A stretch of DNA of 64,000 bases from NCBI GenBank assembly GCA_963763495.1, contig CAVXOY010000019.1, forward strand, positions 64,211 through 128,210. The letters are read 5' to 3'. How positions within the stretch are numbered: position 1 is the first letter of the stretch; the number at the start of each line of letters is the position of its first letter. The stretch comes from an uncultured Chloroflexia bacterium. GTDB taxonomy: Bacteria; Chloroflexota; Dehalococcoidia; DSTF01; JALHUB01. The notes under the pieces were generated by a model. The model was not told where the DNA came from. It worked only from the letters and a program-made list of their open reading frames with translations, and made no database searches. Positions 11,941-21,710 of the stretch are shown one piece after another. Position numbers and translations under genes: made by a program.

Positions 11941-12624
11941 TTGTTCGCGCTGGTACTGGCAGGAGGCAAGGGAGAGCGGCTGCGGCCGCTGACGGCGGAC
12001 CGACCGAAGCCGATGGTGCCGGTCAACGATAAGCCGATACTGCAGCATCACCTGGAGTGGCTCCAGAGCAACGGCGTCACGGACGCGGTGCTGCTGTGCG
12101 GCTACAAGCACGAGGCTATCGAGCACCACTTCGGGGACGGGAGCCGCTTCGGGCTGCGCATCCGCTATTCGATTGAGGACGAGCCTCTGGGCCGCGGCGG
12201 AGCCTTCAAGCAGGGCTTCCAGCAGGTGCCGGAGGGAGAGCGGTTCGTCATCGGCACGAACGGGGATAATCTGACGGACCAGCCGCTGGCGCCGCTGCTG
12301 CGCAGTCACCGACGCTCGGGCGCGGTGGCGACGATCATGCTGGCGGCGCTGCGTAGCCCCTTCGGCGTCGTCAGGCTGCGAGGGACGCGGGTCCTGGGGT
12401 TCGCCGAGAAGCCGCTGCTGCCCTACTGGGTAAACGCCGGGGTGTACGTGCTCAACCGCGAGTTCTTCGCGATGCTGCCGGATGTGGGCGACCACGAGAC
12501 GACGGCTTTCCCGGAGCTGGCAGACGCGGGGAAGCTGTACGGGTATAAGAGCAGCGCCTTCTGGAAGCCGGTCGATTCGGTGAAGGACGTGACGGAGGCA
12601 TCGCAGCATCTGGCGAGCCGATAA
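11941..12624 (+). CDS. sugar-1-phosphate nucleotidyltransferase (mannose-1-P guanylyl- / glucose-1-P thymidylyltransferase-like)
   Basis: N-terminal LVLAGGKGERLRPLTADRPKPMVPV signature of NDP-sugar pyrophosphorylases, with a TTG start. Confidence 0.8.
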   Translation: MFALVLAGGKGERLRPLTADRPKPMVPVNDKPILQHHLEWLQSNGVTDAVLLCGYKHEAIEHHFGDGSRFGLRIRYSIEDEPLGRGGAFKQGFQQVPEGERFVIGTNGDNLTDQPLAPLLRSHRRSGAVATIMLAALRSPFGVVRLRGTRVLGFAEKPLLPYWVNAGVYVLNREFFAMLPDVGDHETTAFPELADAGKLYGYKSSAFWKPVDSVKDVTEASQHLASR

Positions 12625-12844
12625 GGGCCGACCCGGGGGCAGGTCGGGCACGGAGTCCCGACCCTACCGGAACATGAGGGATTGGCGAAGGATTAGGAGA
12701 AATGTGGGCAGCACCCCAGGCTGAAGCCTGGGGCATATGAAGGCAAATCGATGCCCCTGCCTTTAGGCAGGGGTCGGGAAACACCCTTCAACCTGAACCA
12801 GTTGCAGGTCCTCTCCTGCATCGTTCCAGAACAGGGACGGCATT

Positions 12845-14290
12845 ATGGGCAACGTGATCAAGTTCGGGACGGACGGCTGGCGGGCGATCATCGCTGAGGA
12901 TTTCACGTTCGACAACGTGCGGGCGTGCGCGCAGAGCGTGGCCCAGTTCTTGAAGGAGAGCAACCTCGCGTCGCGGGGGCTCGTCGTCGGCTATGACACG
13001 CGATTTGCGTCGGAGGACTTCGCGGCAGCGGTGGCGGAGGTGGTGACGGCGAACGGCATCAAGGTCTATCTCACCGAAAACGCCACCCCCACGCAGACGG
13101 TCAGCTACAGCATCCTCGACAAGGGCGCCGGAGGGGCGGTCGTCATCACGGCCAGCCACAACCCGCCGCGCTGGAACGGTTTCAAGTACAAGCCGGAGTA
13201 CGCGGGGAGCGCGTCGCCGGAGGTTGTCGCGAGGCTGGAGGCGCCGCTGCCGGAGATCCTGGCGTCGGGGCCGCCGCCACGGCTGGCGCTGGACGAGGCG
13301 GAACGACAGGGGCTGCTGGTCCGGTTCGACGCCAAACCGGCCTATCTTGCACAGCTCCACCGGCTGGTTGATGTCGAGCGGATACGGGCAGCCGGCCTCA
13401 AGGTGTGCATCGACCCCATGTACGGCGCCGGCATCGGCTATCTGCGGGAGCTGCTGACGGGAGGACGCCTCGTCGCGACGGAGTTGCACGGGGAGCGCAA
13501 TCCCACCTTCCCCGGGCTGCACTCGCCGGAGCCGATAGGCCGCAACCTGGCCGATTTGTCGGCGGCGGTGCGGTCGGAGAAGGCCGACGTGGGACTGGCG
13601 ACAGACGGCGACGCCGACCGCGTGGGCGTGATGGATGAGAACGGCGAGTACGTCGACCAGTTGCAGGTCTTCGGGCTGCTGACGTACTACCTGCTGGAGG
13701 TGCGAGGAGAGCGAGGGGCGATCGTCAAGGCGCTGACGACGACGCGGATGGTGCAGCGGCTGGGCGAGCTGTATGACGTGCCGGTGTACGAGACGGCGGT
13801 CGGCTTCAAGTACCTGGGGCCGAAGATGATGGAGTCGAACGCCCTCATCGGCGGCGAGGAGAGCGGGGGATACGCCTTCCGCGGCCACATCCCGGAGCGG
13901 GACGGCGTGCTGGCGGCGCTGTACTTCCTCGACCTGATGGCCCGCACCGGCAAGAGACCGTCGGCGCTGCTGGCGGAGCTCTACGACCGGGTGGGGCCGC
14001 ATCACTACGACCGGGTGGACGTCCAGATGCGGCCGGAGGAGCGAGACGGGGTGGTCCAGCGGGTCGCAGCCGCCAGGCCAAAGGAGCTTGCCGGAATAGG
14101 TGTCGTCGGGCAGGACACAATCGATGGTTACCGGTTCGTGCTGGAGAACGGGGGCTGGCTGCTCATCCGCTTCTCGGGCACGGAGCCGCTGATAAGGATA
14201 TACACAGAGGTGCCGGAGAAGCGTCTGGTGCCGGAGCTGCTGAAGGCCGGCCGCGAGCTGGCGGGACTGGCGGAGACAAAGGAGAGCTAA
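12845..14290 (+). CDS. phosphomannomutase/phosphoglucomutase
   Basis: FGTDGWRA, active-site loop TASHNPPRWNGFK, metal loop ATDGDADR and GGEESGG are alpha-D-phosphohexomutase hallmarks. Confidence 0.88.
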   Translation: MGNVIKFGTDGWRAIIAEDFTFDNVRACAQSVAQFLKESNLASRGLVVGYDTRFASEDFAAAVAEVVTANGIKVYLTENATPTQTVSYSILDKGAGGAVVITASHNPPRWNGFKYKPEYAGSASPEVVARLEAPLPEILASGPPPRLALDEAERQGLLVRFDAKPAYLAQLHRLVDVERIRAAGLKVCIDPMYGAGIGYLRELLTGGRLVATELHGERNPTFPGLHSPEPIGRNLADLSAAVRSEKADVGLATDGDADRVGVMDENGEYVDQLQVFGLLTYYLLEVRGERGAIVKALTTTRMVQRLGELYDVPVYETAVGFKYLGPKMMESNALIGGEESGGYAFRGHIPERDGVLAALYFLDLMARTGKRPSALLAELYDRVGPHHYDRVDVQMRPEERDGVVQRVAAARPKELAGIGVVGQDTIDGYRFVLENGGWLLIRFSGTEPLIRIYTEVPEKRLVPELLKAGRELAGLAETKES

Positions 14291-14294
14291 AACG

Positions 14295-15356
14295 ATGCAC
14301 GTCCTGGATGATCGAGAGACATACACGCGGCACGATCCCGACGGCCTGGGCGGTCGCGTCGAGGGGCTGCCGGAGCAGTGCCGGGAGGCCTGGCAGCAGG
14401 CGAAGGCGTTCTCCTTCCCTGCCGACTTCGCGCAGGTGGAGAAGGTGGTGATCCTGGGGCTCGGCGGCTCGGCGATCGCGGGGGACATACTGCGGGCGCT
14501 GGCGGTGCGCGAGGGCAAGAAGGCCGTCGTCGTCCACCGCGGGTACGATCTGCCGGGCATCGTCGACGAGCGGACGCTGGTCGTCGCCTCCAGCTACAGC
14601 GGCCAGACGGAGGAGGTGCTGTCGTCGTTCGGGCGGGCGCTGAAGACGGCGGCGAAGAAGATGGTGATGACGACGGGCGGAAAGCTGTTCGACATCGCGC
14701 AGGAGCAGGGTATCGCGGCCTACCGGTTCGAGTACAAGGGCGAGCCGCGGTCGGCGCTGGGGCACAGCCTGATGCCGCTGCTGGCGCTGGGCGAGGCGAT
14801 AGGCCTGCTGCCCGACCAGAGCGGGCCGGTCGACGAGGCGCTGTCGCTGATGACGGAGCTACGGAACGAGATCGGTGTCGAGGTACCGTTCGAGAAGAAC
14901 GCGGCAAAGCAACTAGCGGCGCGGCTGCAGGGGAAGCTGCCGGTGGTCTACGGGGCGGAGGTCCTCACGGAGGCGGCGCATCGCTGGAAGACGCAGCTCA
15001 ACGAGAACAGCAAGGTGTGGGCGTTCTACGAGGAGCTATCGGAGCTGAATCATAACGCTATCGAGGGGTACGGGCTGCCAAGCGAGATCGCGGCGAGGGC
15101 GCACGTGGTCTTCCTGTACCATCCCAAGCTGAACCCGCGCATCATTCTGCGCTATAACGGGACGCACGACGCGCTGGCGGCGTCGGGGGTGTCGGACGAG
15201 CAGGTCACGGCGCAGGGCGAGAGCGAGCTGGCGCGGGTGCTGACGGCGAGCTTCTACGGCGACTGCGCGAGCTATTATCTGGCGATGCTGAACGGGGTGA
15301 GGCCGTCGCCGGTGACTGCGATCCAGCATTTGAAGGGGTGGTTGGCGGAGAAGTAG
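14295..15356 (+). CDS. bifunctional phosphoglucose/phosphomannose isomerase (SIS domain)
   Basis: 353 aa with VVILGLGGSAIAGDIL, SYSGQTEE and WKTQLNENSK, typical of the archaeal/bacterial PGI/PMI family. It sits in an operon with the two preceding sugar-phosphate genes. Confidence 0.75.
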   Translation: MHVLDDRETYTRHDPDGLGGRVEGLPEQCREAWQQAKAFSFPADFAQVEKVVILGLGGSAIAGDILRALAVREGKKAVVVHRGYDLPGIVDERTLVVASSYSGQTEEVLSSFGRALKTAAKKMVMTTGGKLFDIAQEQGIAAYRFEYKGEPRSALGHSLMPLLALGEAIGLLPDQSGPVDEALSLMTELRNEIGVEVPFEKNAAKQLAARLQGKLPVVYGAEVLTEAAHRWKTQLNENSKVWAFYEELSELNHNAIEGYGLPSEIAARAHVVFLYHPKLNPRIILRYNGTHDALAASGVSDEQVTAQGESELARVLTASFYGDCASYYLAMLNGVRPSPVTAIQHLKGWLAEK

Positions 15357-15609
15357 GGGTGCCCCAGACACGCAAGATCTCCCCACCTACCTACCGGCAG
15401 GCAGCCGACAAGTAGAGCGTCGGTGCTCTGGGCAACGCTGGAGTGGGTGCGCCTGACGACGAAAGATCGTCCCACCCACCCGCCCTAGTCCCGTTGGTTG
15501 GGGGGAATCCCCCAAACCCCCTTGGGCGGGAAAGCGCCTCCTCCACCAAAGCCGGCGTATCCCCTAAATCGCCACAGATGAGACCATGCAGGCGGCAGAA
15601 TAAGAACGA

Positions 15610-15630
15610 GGGCGGGCAAGATGCCCGCCC
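15610..15630 (-). terminator. GC-rich hairpin terminator downstream of rpsI
   Basis: GGGCGGGCA-tct-TGCCCGCCC followed by TCGTTCTTATTCT on the minus strand, about 25 nt after the rpsI stop. The T-tract is imperfect. Confidence 0.55.
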
Positions 15631-15655
15631 CACGTTATTGCAGAGAACTCTAAGG

Positions 15656-16048
15656 TTAGCGCTTGGTGTACTGCGGCGCCTTGCGGGCCCGCTTGAGGCC
15701 GTACTTTTTCCGCTCTTTGACGCGGGAGTCGCGGGTCAGAAGACCGTTCTGGCGCAGCGGCTTCCTGAGGTTCTCGTCCAGGTGGACGAGGGCGCGGGCT
15801 ATTCCATGGGCGATGGCGCCCGCCCAGCCGCTGATGCCGCCGCCCGCCACCTTGATCTGGGCGTTGAACTTGTCCTGGTTCTCGGTGACGCGGAAGGGCT
15901 TGAGTACTAGAGTCTGATGGATGGGGCGGTTGAAAACCTCTTCCAGCGGCCTGCCATTGATGACGACCGCTCCCGTGCCCGGGGTCAGGCGCACCCGCGC
16001 TACCGCGCTCTTTCTCCGTCCGGTGCCGGCGTAGTATTGCTGGTTCAA
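15656..16048 (-). CDS. rpsI: 30S ribosomal protein S9
   Basis: YYAGTGRRKSAVARVRL...C-terminal KAPQYTKR. The start overlaps the rplM stop (ATGA). Confidence 0.97.
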   Translation of the reverse strand: MNQQYYAGTGRRKSAVARVRLTPGTGAVVINGRPLEEVFNRPIHQTLVLKPFRVTENQDKFNAQIKVAGGGISGWAGAIAHGIARALVHLDENLRKPLRQNGLLTRDSRVKERKKYGLKRARKAPQYTKR

Positions 16049-16614
16049 GCTGAGGTCTCCTCCTCCGACGATTCTGTCTGGTCAGGCTGCTCGGCCTCAG
16101 GCGCGGTGGCTTCCTCGGCGGGGGCAGCAGGCGGCTCGTCGACCGGTTCTGCCTTCGCCTTAGGCGTCGCGATGGCGGCTTCCACCTGGCCCGGCACTGC
16201 CTTGACCTGGGACTGGTGCGGGTGTTCGGGCCCAACGTAGACCTTGAGGTGGCGATAGAGCTGCGCCCCCAGGCGGTTGTGGGGAAGCATGCCGCGAACG
16301 GCGTGCTCGATGACGCGCCCAGGATGGGTAGCCATCATCCTCTCCAAGGTGATCTTCCTGAGGCCACCATGGTACTGGGTGTGATGGTAGTAGATCTTGT
16401 CGCGCATCTTGTTGTTGCCGCTGAAGCGCACCTTGCCGGCGTTCACGACGATCACGAAGTCACGCATGTCCAGGTTGGGCGTGAAGTCGCGGCGGTGCTT
16501 TCCCCGTAGGAGGGAGGCGACGCGCACGGCGAGACGGCCCAACGACTGGTCGGCAGCGTCGACGACGTGCCACTGCGGTACGATATCTTTTGCCTTAACG
16601 CTATAGGTCTTCAT
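16045..16614 (-). CDS. rplM: 50S ribosomal protein L13 with about 45-aa acidic C-terminal tail
   Basis: MKTYSVKAKDIVPQWHVVDA...HNRLG core, then a tail ...AKAEPVDEPPAAPAEEATAPEAEQPDQTESSEEETSA. Confidence 0.95.
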   Translation of the reverse strand: MKTYSVKAKDIVPQWHVVDAADQSLGRLAVRVASLLRGKHRRDFTPNLDMRDFVIVVNAGKVRFSGNNKMRDKIYYHHTQYHGGLRKITLERMMATHPGRVIEHAVRGMLPHNRLGAQLYRHLKVYVGPEHPHQSQVKAVPGQVEAAIATPKAKAEPVDEPPAAPAEEATAPEAEQPDQTESSEEETSA

Positions 16615-17416
16615 CTATCTCAATCTCTTCGCCCAGATTCAAATCCGTATAAGTGACCCGCATCAGGCAGAGCCCCTGCGGCGGAGCCGCCGGGCCGGCC
16701 GCTCCCGGGCGCCCCTCCTGGAGCACCCGCGCGAACTCTGCGGGCGTCTGCCGTCCCAACCCCACTTCTACGAGTGGCCCGACGGTACGCCGGACCTGAT
16801 GGGGCAGGAAGGCATCAGCCTCCATCAGCAGGATGATCAGGCAACCACGCCGGCGCAATTCGAGCCGGTAGACGGTGCGGACGGTGCTCGCCCGCGGGCC
16901 ATCCGGCTCACCGGCGAAGGCGGCGAAATCGTGCCTGCCGACGAGACAGGCCGCCGCCTCGGCCATAGCGCCTGTATCTAAAGGTTCTGCCACGTGCCAC
17001 GCCCGGCTCCTCAGCAGGGGCGATGGCGCCGGTTCATTATATATCAGGTAGCGGTAAAGCCGCCTGCGCGCCCGCCGCCGGGGGTCGAAGTCCAGCGGCG
17101 CTTCCAGGGCCCGCCGCACGGCGATGTCTTCGGGCAACCAGTGGTTGAGCCCTCTGACGAAGACATCGATTTCGTACGGCGCCTGTGTAAGGAAGGAGGC
17201 GACCTGGCCGCGGGCATGGACGCCGGCGTCGGTGCGACCGGCGAAGGCGGCGCGGCGCTTCTCGCCGGTGAGCTTCCCTATCGCCTCTTCCAGCTCTCCC
17301 TGGATGGTAGGCGCGTTCTTCTGTATTTGGGAGCCGCCGTAGCGGCTGCCGTCATATTCTAAAACCAGGGCAATCCGTCGAGCGGTGCCCTCTATCGGTT
17401 GTCCCTTCGCTGCCAT
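16601..17416 (-). CDS. truA: tRNA pseudouridine(38-40) synthase
   Basis: YDGSRYGGSQIQ and the catalytic GRTDAGVHARGQV motif. Confidence 0.92.
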   Translation of the reverse strand: MAAKGQPIEGTARRIALVLEYDGSRYGGSQIQKNAPTIQGELEEAIGKLTGEKRRAAFAGRTDAGVHARGQVASFLTQAPYEIDVFVRGLNHWLPEDIAVRRALEAPLDFDPRRRARRRLYRYLIYNEPAPSPLLRSRAWHVAEPLDTGAMAEAAACLVGRHDFAAFAGEPDGPRASTVRTVYRLELRRRGCLIILLMEADAFLPHQVRRTVGPLVEVGLGRQTPAEFARVLQEGRPGAAGPAAPPQGLCLMRVTYTDLNLGEEIEIDEDL

Positions 17417-17453
17417 CTCTCAGCGGGTCCGCGACGGTCGCGTCCGCTTTCGG

Positions 17454-17804
17454 CTATACGAGCTCAAGCTGGGCGACGGCGGCGCCATCGCCCAAACGGC
17501 GGCCCAGCTTAACGATGCGGGTGTAGCCGCCGGGACGGTCCGCGTAGCGGGGGCCGATCTCGTCGAACACTTTCTTGACGACACTAGGGTCGGTGACGAA
17601 GCTGCTGGCCTGACGGCGGGCATGAAGGGTGCCGTCCTTTCCCAGCGTTATCATCTTCTCCGCCATCGGCTGGACCTCTTTGGCTTTGGCCTCGGTGGTG
17701 CGGATCTTCTCGTAGCGGAGGAGATCAGTCACCAAGCCGCGGAAGAGGGCCCGCCGCTGCGAAGTGGACCTATCGAACTTTCGACCGGCAATTTGATGTC
17801 TCAT
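17454..17804 (-). CDS. rplQ: 50S ribosomal protein L17
   Basis: [24 protein letters not shown]... in the conserved position after rpoA. Confidence 0.97.
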   Translation of the reverse strand: MRHQIAGRKFDRSTSQRRALFRGLVTDLLRYEKIRTTEAKAKEVQPMAEKMITLGKDGTLHARRQASSFVTDPSVVKKVFDEIGPRYADRPGGYTRIVKLGRRLGDGAAVAQLELV

Positions 17805-17850
17805 AGTTGTTCCCGCAACCAGGGCTCTGCCTCACGGCAGGCGGCCCCGG

Positions 17851-18954
17851 CTATTCTTCTTCTTTCTGTTCTTCTTCTTGCGCTTGTTCTTCTTCCTCAA
17901 CCACTGGGATGTCCTTGCCCGACTTGCGGAGCGCCTGGAGGAGGGCGGTGCCCAGGTTACCTAGCGACTCATCCTCCTCTTCTTCCTCCTCAAAGGACGG
18001 CATCTCTCCCTCTTCCAGGGACTCGGGCTGGAGGAAGCCCAACTGGACGAGTTTGGCCTTCAGTTCGTCATAGGACTTTCGCCCAAAGTTGCGCAGGGCG
18101 AGCAGTTCATCCTCGCTCTTCTCCAGCACCTGTCCCACGGTCATGAGGCCGCTGCGCTTCAGGCAGTTGTAGGCGCGCACGGAGAGGCTGAGGTTCTCGA
18201 TAGTGGTGTTATAGCTCTCGGGGGTGAGGGCTGCTCCCATCCCGAGGCCCCTCTCGACCATCGCCGGCTGCGGCTTGCCCAGATGGGCGAACATTGTCAA
18301 CTGCTCGACGATGATGGAGGCGCTCTGACTGACAGCCTCCACGCCGGTGATGCTGTTGTCGGTCCATACCTCAAGGACGAGGCGGTCGTAGTCGGTTATG
18401 CCGCCGACACGGGTCCGCTCCACGCGATAGTTGACCTTGCGGACGGGGGTGAAGATCGAGTCGACGGGGATGACGCCGATGGGCAGACCATCACGCTCGC
18501 CGGCGGGGATGTAGCCACGGCCGGGCTCGACGTTGAACTCGACGGTAAGGTGCGCTTTCCCGGAGTTCAAAGTAGCGAGGTGCAGGTCGGGGTTGACGAT
18601 CTCGTAGTCCGCCGTGGTCTGGATGTCGCCGGCTGTTACGCGTTTCTCGCCGCTCGCCTCAAGGTAGAGTTTGCCGGGGCGATCGGAGAGGGCCCGCAGC
18701 CGGATGTCTTTCACGTTGAGGAGAAACTCCATTGTGTCCTCCTTGACGTGAGAGATCGTCGAGAACTCGTGCTCCACCTCCTCTATACGGACGGAGGTTA
18801 CGGCGGCCCCAGGGAGAGAGCCGAGCAATACGCGCCTGAGGGCGTTGCCCAGAGTGGTCCCGAATCCCGAATCCAGGGGCTCTGCGACAAGACGCGCGTA
18901 GTTGTCGCTCTCTTCTTCTATCTCAATGTGTGGGGCTACCAATTCAGATCGCAT
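17851..18954 (-). CDS. rpoA: DNA-directed RNA polymerase subunit alpha, with acidic C-terminal tail
   Basis: EPLDSGFGTTLGNALRRVLL plus a CTD (LSVRAYNCLKRSGLMTVGQVL). I prefer the start at MRSELV (ATG 18954, preceded by GGGAGGG); the track ORF extends to 18996. The tail is ...FEEEEEEDES...VVEEEEQAQEEEQKEEE. Confidence 0.93.
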   Translation of the reverse strand: MRSELVAPHIEIEEESDNYARLVAEPLDSGFGTTLGNALRRVLLGSLPGAAVTSVRIEEVEHEFSTISHVKEDTMEFLLNVKDIRLRALSDRPGKLYLEASGEKRVTAGDIQTTADYEIVNPDLHLATLNSGKAHLTVEFNVEPGRGYIPAGERDGLPIGVIPVDSIFTPVRKVNYRVERTRVGGITDYDRLVLEVWTDNSITGVEAVSQSASIIVEQLTMFAHLGKPQPAMVERGLGMGAALTPESYNTTIENLSLSVRAYNCLKRSGLMTVGQVLEKSEDELLALRNFGRKSYDELKAKLVQLGFLQPESLEEGEMPSFEEEEEEDESLGNLGTALLQALRKSGKDIPVVEEEEQAQEEEQKEEE

Positions 18955-19029
18955 GGCGCCCTCCCGATCCAAGTCTAAAGGTTGAGGACCAATCAATTCT
19001 CTGGCCTCCAGCTATAAGCTCACTAGCGC

Positions 19030-19653
19030 TTACCGCGAATAGTACTCGACGATTACTAGGGGATCGAACTTGATCCCTGCCTCAGCAATCTCTGGGGCAC
19101 GCAGCACGCGTCCCGTCATGGTCTCTTTGTCCAGGACCACCCAGGGTGAAATCTCTTTATTCGTCACCGTTTCCTGGACAATCTTGAAGTATTCGGTCTT
19201 CTTCCCCGACTCGGTCCAGCCGACGACGTCGCCGGCCTTGACGAGGGCCGAGGGGATGCCGGTCTTGCGTCCGTTGATTGCTAGGTGCCCGTGGTTCACC
19301 AGTTGCCGCGCTTGGGCACGGGAGTCGGCGAAGCCCAGGCGGTAGACGACGTTGTCGAGGCGGCTCTCCAGCAGGCGAACGAGGTTGTCGCCGGTCACGC
19401 CGGGGCGCCGCACAGCCTCGGCATAGTAGCGCCGGAACTGCCGTTCCAGGACGCCGTAGGTGTAGCGAGCCCTCTGCTTCTCCCGCAACTGCATGGCGCG
19501 GTCGGAGACCCGGCGCCGTCGAGGTAGGCGGTAGCCGGGCGGCTGCGGTCGCTTTTGGAAGGCGCACTTGGTGTAGCACCTTTCGCCCTTGAGCATCAGT
19601 GCATCGCCGTAGCGACGGCACAGTCTACATACAGGTCCAGTGTATCGAGCCAT
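19030..19653 (-). CDS. rpsD: 30S ribosomal protein S4
   Basis: MARYTGPVCRLCRR...; alpha-operon position. Confidence 0.97.
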   Translation of the reverse strand: MARYTGPVCRLCRRYGDALMLKGERCYTKCAFQKRPQPPGYRLPRRRRVSDRAMQLREKQRARYTYGVLERQFRRYYAEAVRRPGVTGDNLVRLLESRLDNVVYRLGFADSRAQARQLVNHGHLAINGRKTGIPSALVKAGDVVGWTESGKKTEYFKIVQETVTNKEISPWVVLDKETMTGRVLRAPEIAEAGIKFDPLVIVEYYSR

Positions 19654-19676
19654 TTAGGGTTGTCTCCTTTGCCCCT

Positions 19677-20072
19677 TTAGACCCTCCGGCGCTTGGGAGG
19701 GCGGCACCCGTTGTGCGGTATAGGGGTGACATCGCGGATGCTAAGGACGGCCAGGCCGGCGCTCTGAAGGGCACGGATGGCGGCCTCTCTGCCGCTGCCC
19801 GGGCCCTTGACAAAGACATCCACTTGTCGCATCCCATGGTCCATCGCTCGGCGGGCCGCCTGCTGGGCCGCCAACTGGGCGGCGTAGGGTGTGCTCTTGC
19901 GCGAACCCTTGAAGCCGGCGCCACCGCCGCTGCTCCAGGCGATGGCGTTCCCCGCCGGATCGGTCATCGTGATCACGGTGTTATTGAAGGTGGACTGAAT
20001 GTAGGCCCGCCCCTTGGGAACTGACTTGCGTTCTCGTTTTCTAGTCCTTGTCTTGACCTTCTTCTCAGCCAC
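19677..20072 (-). CDS. rpsK: 30S ribosomal protein S11
   Basis: [18 protein letters not shown]...[14 protein letters not shown]. Confidence 0.97.
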   Translation of the reverse strand: MAEKKVKTRTRKRERKSVPKGRAYIQSTFNNTVITMTDPAGNAIAWSSGGGAGFKGSRKSTPYAAQLAAQQAARRAMDHGMRQVDVFVKGPGSGREAAIRALQSAGLAVLSIRDVTPIPHNGCRPPKRRRV

Positions 20073-20088
20073 AGGCCTTCATCCTCTC

Positions 20089-20472
20089 TTACTTCTTGGC
20101 GATTGCCCGCCGCTTGCCGGCGACGGTGCGGCGCACGCCTCGTTTGGTTCGGGCGTTGGTGCGTGTCCGCTGGCCGTGCACAGGCAGGCCGCGGCGGTGC
20201 CGCACGCCCCGATAGCAGTTGATCTCAACCATACGCTGGATATTCTGGCGCACTTCGCGGCGCAGGTCCCCTTCCACAATGTGGCCCTTGTCGATGACCT
20301 CACGGACGCGGTTGATCTCTTCGTCCGTCAGGTCACGCACGCGCGCGGTGGGGTCGACATTGGTCTGGGCCAGGATCTTCTGCGCCTGGGTGCGGCCAAT
20401 ACCGTAGATGTAGGTCAGCGATATAGCGATCTGCTTATCGTTGGGAATATCCACGCCGGCGATACGAGCCAT
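20089..20472 (-). CDS. rpsM: 30S ribosomal protein S13
   Basis: [26 protein letters not shown]. Confidence 0.97.
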   Translation of the reverse strand: MARIAGVDIPNDKQIAISLTYIYGIGRTQAQKILAQTNVDPTARVRDLTDEEINRVREVIDKGHIVEGDLRREVRQNIQRMVEINCYRGVRHRRGLPVHGQRTRTNARTKRGVRRTVAGKRRAIAKK

Positions 20473-20519
20473 GATTCCTCCTGATCCGACCCCCTAGGGG
20501 GACAACGTATGTCCGGGCA

Positions 20520-20633
20520 TCAGCCCTGACGCTGCTTGTGCCTGGGATTAGGGCAGATGACCCTAAGGACGCCCTTGCGCCGGACGATGCGGCACTTTTC
20601 GCAGCGCACTTTGACGGAAGCTTTAACCTTCAT
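20520..20633 (-). CDS. rpmJ: 50S ribosomal protein L36 (not in ORF track, 37 aa)
   Basis: The reverse-strand translation is [37 protein letters not shown], lying between infA and rpsM as expected. Confidence 0.95.
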   Translation of the reverse strand: MKVKASVKVRCEKCRIVRRKGVLRVICPNPRHKQRQG

Positions 20634-20656
20634 CTTGACGCTCTTTGTTCCCTATC

Positions 20657-20875
20657 TTACTTGAACCGGTAGGTTATCCGGCCCCGCGTTAGGTCGTAGG
20701 GTGAGAGTTCTACCAGCACCCGGTCGCCGGGCAGAATCCGTATGAAGTGGAGCCGTATTTTCCCCGATATGTGGGTAAGAACCCGGTGCCCGTTGGCAAG
20801 CTCCACTCTAAACATGGCGTTGGGCAGGGCCTCCTTCACCACGCCTTCCACTTCGATGGATTCTTTTCTAGGCAT
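20657..20875 (-). CDS. infA: translation initiation factor IF-1
   Basis: [35 protein letters not shown]. Confidence 0.97.
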   Translation of the reverse strand: MPRKESIEVEGVVKEALPNAMFRVELANGHRVLTHISGKIRLHFIRILPGDRVLVELSPYDLTRGRITYRFK

Positions 20876-20911
20876 AACCTCCCCAAAACAAGTCTTACTT
20901 TGCGCCGCCCC

Positions 20912-21661
20912 CTAGGGCAGCGTCAGGATCTGCGCCTCGCCGTCGGTGATGGCGATCGTATGCTCGAAATGGGCAGAGAGGCTGCCATCAAGAGTGCTGA
21001 CGGTCCAGTTGTCGTCATGCCTCTTGGTGCGCCAGTCGCCCGCATTCACCATCGGCTCGATGGCGAGCACCATCCCCTTCTTCAGGACTGGGCCCCGGTC
21101 GGGCGGGCCGAAGTTGGGCACCTGCGGCTCTTCGTGCATCTGCCGACCGACGCCGTGCCCGACGTACTCCCGCACTACGGAGAAGCCCTGTCCCTCCGCC
21201 TCTACCTGTATGGCATGGGAGACGGCGCCGAGCGGCACTCCCGCCCGCGCAGCCGCGATCCCTTTGTAAAGCGCGCTCTCCGTTACCCGGAGAAGGCGCT
21301 CTGCCTCGGCGTCCAACCGCCCGGCACCAACGCTGATGGCGGCGTCGCCGACAAAACCCTTATAGGTGGCACCCAGGTCAATGCTGACGATATCGCCTTC
21401 GCGGAACACCCTACCGTCAGGGATGCCATGGACGATCTCATCGTTGATGGAGACGCACACGCTGGCGGGATAGCCCCGGTATCCCAGGAAAGCGGGCTTG
21501 GCCCCCCGCGCCGCGAACTCCCGCCGGACGATCTTGTCCAGCTCTTTTCGGGAGAGACCCGGCTTCACCGCCTCTGCCAGGATCTGAAGCACTTGGGCGA
21601 CGATCCGGCCGGCCTCTCTTATTGTCGCTATCTCCTTTTCCGATTTAATGATAATGGGCAT
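20912..21661 (-). CDS. map: type I methionine aminopeptidase
   Basis: 249 aa with the metal-ligand context VCVSINDEIVHGIP, DIVSIDLG, YVGHGVG, LAIEPM and FEHT. Confidence 0.95.
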   Translation of the reverse strand: MPIIIKSEKEIATIREAGRIVAQVLQILAEAVKPGLSRKELDKIVRREFAARGAKPAFLGYRGYPASVCVSINDEIVHGIPDGRVFREGDIVSIDLGATYKGFVGDAAISVGAGRLDAEAERLLRVTESALYKGIAAARAGVPLGAVSHAIQVEAEGQGFSVVREYVGHGVGRQMHEEPQVPNFGPPDRGPVLKKGMVLAIEPMVNAGDWRTKRHDDNWTVSTLDGSLSAHFEHTIAITDGEAQILTLP

Positions 21662-21710
21662 CGGACCTGGTCAGGCAGCCGCGACGCTCCTTCTCTTCGT
21701 TATCGCGAGG

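Noticed and set aside
15357-15655. Intergenic region scanned for tRNA or other RNA genes (GGGGGAATCCCCC hairpin, GTGGGTG...CACCCAC long hairpin).
   Set aside because: It has no tRNA cloverleaf features (no GTTCGAATC-type T-arm, no acceptor pairing). The structures are more simply convergent-operon terminators or spacers.
20493-20504. The palindrome CCCCCTAGGGGG between rpmJ and rpsM, with a similar CCCCCTAGGG near the map stop (20905-20916).
   Set aside because: It is too short and there are too few copies to call a repeat family. It is likely a coincidental GC palindrome containing a stop codon.
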